Positions 62,115 to 64,000 of a stretch of 64,000 bases of DNA are shown here, piece by piece. The translations under genes and the position numbers were made by a program. Source of the stretch: an uncultured cyanobacterium (GTDB lineage Bacteria > Cyanobacteriota > Cyanobacteriia > PCC-9006 > JAAUQQ01); the NCBI GenBank assembly GCA_963718615.1, contig OY970368.1:4576001-4640000 (forward strand). Reading direction: 5' to 3'. The notes below the pieces were generated by a model, which searched no databases, was not told the origin of the DNA, and was given only the letters and a program-made list of their open reading frames with translations. Numbering within the stretch: position 1 is the stretch's first letter; every line of letters begins with the position of its first letter.

Positions 62115-62636
62115 TTATTTACCTCCTTCCAGAGTTTTAATAAAAACAGTAGAGTTTTTAGGATTTTCCAGCAAAGCTCGAATCACTCGATAGGTAATCA
62201 AATCGCACTGATCTTCGGGCAAACCAGAAACCTGAAGCTCAGCTGAGACAGTTTGCATCACAATCTTGAGAGGCTGATATGGATTGTCAGGCAACGACTT
62301 TATTTTCTGAGATGCGCTAATCTTATTCCTCAAATCTAGAGTGCTATTAAGCAGCGAAACTAGGTCTGACACGTCGGTAGTCAGCAACTCATATAGAAAC
62401 GGTCCATTTTGAGCAATAGCCTTTAGAATCCACGGAAAAAGAGCAATCAACCCGCCAGACCCAAACCCGCCGACTACACTGCCTTGTTCTCGCTTAAAAA
62501 GCTCTTCCCGCTCCTTGCCGCCTTCCACAAATGCCTGCACCATAATTGGTGCCAGATCAACTTCATCAGGAACAGCATCTTCAGCCAGTTTTAAGGCAAT
62601 AGCCATCATTATCTCATCATTTTCTGTAGCACCCAT
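62115..62636 (-). CDS. hypothetical protein coupled to the M48 peptidase gene
   Basis: stop overlaps the M48 ATG; GGFGSGG followed by a hydrophobic helix. Confidence 0.7.
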   Translation of the reverse strand: MGATENDEIMMAIALKLAEDAVPDEVDLAPIMVQAFVEGGKEREELFKREQGSVVGGFGSGGLIALFPWILKAIAQNGPFLYELLTTDVSDLVSLLNSTLDLRNKISASQKIKSLPDNPYQPLKIVMQTVSAELQVSGLPEDQCDLITYRVIRALLENPKNSTVFIKTLEGGK

Positions 62637-62983
62637 AATTTCTATACCCTTAAAGAAAATGCTTGGAGATCTCATCAAGCGAGGAAATACTTAATAGGAC
62701 CTCTAAGAACCCTAAAAACATTGATGCAGGCATCCAAGCAAAGAACATGAAACCCAACTCTATGTAAACAGGAGAATTGCTTGAGTAAATTCATGGAAAA
62801 CTACTCGCAGCCTAATGAGTAGTTTTTAAAGTGGCAAGTCTTTATAGCTATCACTGCTTTAGAGCATAGATCCTAAGGTCAGGCTAATCAAAATGAATTT
62901 AATGCTTTGACGTAAAATAGAACGTATCTTAACAAGTCTGCTCTAGTGGAGGAAGTGATAATTCATCAACTGATCTCCCGACT

Positions 62984-63730
62984 TCATCCCTTGCGCTGAC
63001 GGCTTCGAGCCGCATTGTATTCCTGATACCGAGCCTGTTTCCGCATCGATTTCAAATTGCCAACAGCAAGCTGACGCTGGAGATCGTCTAGCTGCGCTAA
63101 CTCTGCCTGAAGCGCAGGGGTTGCGGGAGCCGTTTTGAGTGCTTCACACACCTGAGTGAGGGTTTGCGACGCTGCGGCCACATTGCCTTGGTCTAGGGCG
63201 GCGATCGCCACCACTCTCGCCCTTGCCGCCTGTAAAATCCTCACCTGCTCCTCAACCGCTTTGTGCAATGGCAACTCATCTAGAGCCAAACCTAACATCA
63301 CTGGCAGTTGTATAGTGCGATAGAACGATTGCCGCCGGGCTGAATCTGGCGAATCCCAAGCCAGACGTACCGAACAGAGCACATCGCTAAGGGAAGATTG
63401 AGTCGCTTGGGGAGGAACCTGGAGTTGAAACACGACCTCAATTGGAGAACCACTCATCAGATTGGGCAACATCCAATTGCCCGCTGGAGTTTGGGACAGA
63501 TCGTTTAAGAGCTGATCGAGCTGACAATCGTTTTTAGGACGAATGCCTAAGCTAACTTGGCGACCGAGGGTGGCCATCAAACCCTGCAATTCAGAAGCAA
63601 AGAAATCCGGCAATTGCTGAGGTGATTCAATATGAAAAAAGTTGCCATCTCCCCGATTTGCCATCATCGCGAGCAAATCTTCATTGTAATCATCACCTAA
63701 CCCCATGGTGGTCGTACTCACTCCCCGCTG
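62984..63730 (-). pseudogene. 5'-truncated vWA (YfbK-like) domain protein
   Basis: begins mid-domain at GVSTTTMGLGDDYNEDLL..MA..GDGNFF immediately after the clp stop. Confidence 0.7.
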
Positions 63731-63732
63731 AT

Positions 63733-64000
63733 TTACCCCCGCGACTTTGCTGTAAAGACCAATTTGCCTTCTTTCTCATCCACCACTATACAATCTCCTT
63801 CTACAAAGGCGTTTTCTAGGAGCTTCGTGGCGATCGGGTTTTCCAATTCTCGTTGAATGGCCCGCTTCAAAGGCCGTGCCCCATAGACCGGATCGTAGCC
63901 CGCTTCGGCGATGTGCATTTCGGCGGCGGGGGTCATCTCTAGGGTCATGTTTTGGGCGGCGAGGAGCTTATGGAGGCGCTGGATTTGGATGGAGGCGATC
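63733..64000 (-). CDS. clpB: ClpB-type chaperone C-terminal part (runs off window)
   Basis: GYDPVYGARPLKRAIQRELENP. Confidence 0.8.
   Translation of the reverse strand, partial: IASIQIQRLHKLLAAQNMTLEMTPAAEMHIAEAGYDPVYGARPLKRAIQRELENPIATKLLENAFVEGDCIVVDEKEGKLVFTAKSRG

Larger units (their letters stand above)
59342..62115 (-). pseudogene. M48 family membrane metallopeptidase interrupted by IS3
   Basis: AVLLHELGH, EFNAD, SHPP; removing the IS plus one GTG copy joins ...FMPH to LRKRHVE... in frame. Confidence 0.85.

Overview
Cyanobacterial chromosome segment (frequent HIP1 GCGATCGC, photosynthetic NDH-1, sulfolipid and suf genes). Core blocks: HDIG phosphohydrolase, devH, a Yfr2-like sRNA, rbcR, a Pap-like (slr0144-slr0152-type) V4R/ferredoxin/kinase operon, trxC-ndhF1-(FG-GAP surface protein)-ndhD1, scpA, cugP, sqdB-sqdX, sufR/ftrC-sufBCDS with two SufR boxes, glpK and secE-nusG-rplK-rplA-rplJ-rplL. 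There are two accessory regions. (1) 31.7-45.9 kb holds tandem MoxR/vWA gene fragments carrying toxin-antitoxin cassettes around a ~10 kb AT-richer, HIP1-poor island (~34.0-44.2 kb). The island encodes a transglutaminase-like Cys-His-Asp enzyme, three related beta-rich proteins that may be single jelly-roll capsid-like, a repetitive polyprotein with cationic amphipathic peptides between (I/V/M/L)xGLG motifs, three hydrolases (two clearly peptidoglycan-directed) sharing an N-terminal MY(I/L)...GL(A)G leader, and a LuxR regulator. It has no recognisable replication, packaging, integrase or tail genes. This is the best candidate for an undescribed system: a domesticated tailless-virus-like particle that packages lytic cargo (inference, untested). 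(2) 58.4-63.7 kb holds gene fragments and an M48 peptidase interrupted by an IS3 element with a 3-bp target duplication. All calls come from reading motifs by eye; no database searches were run.
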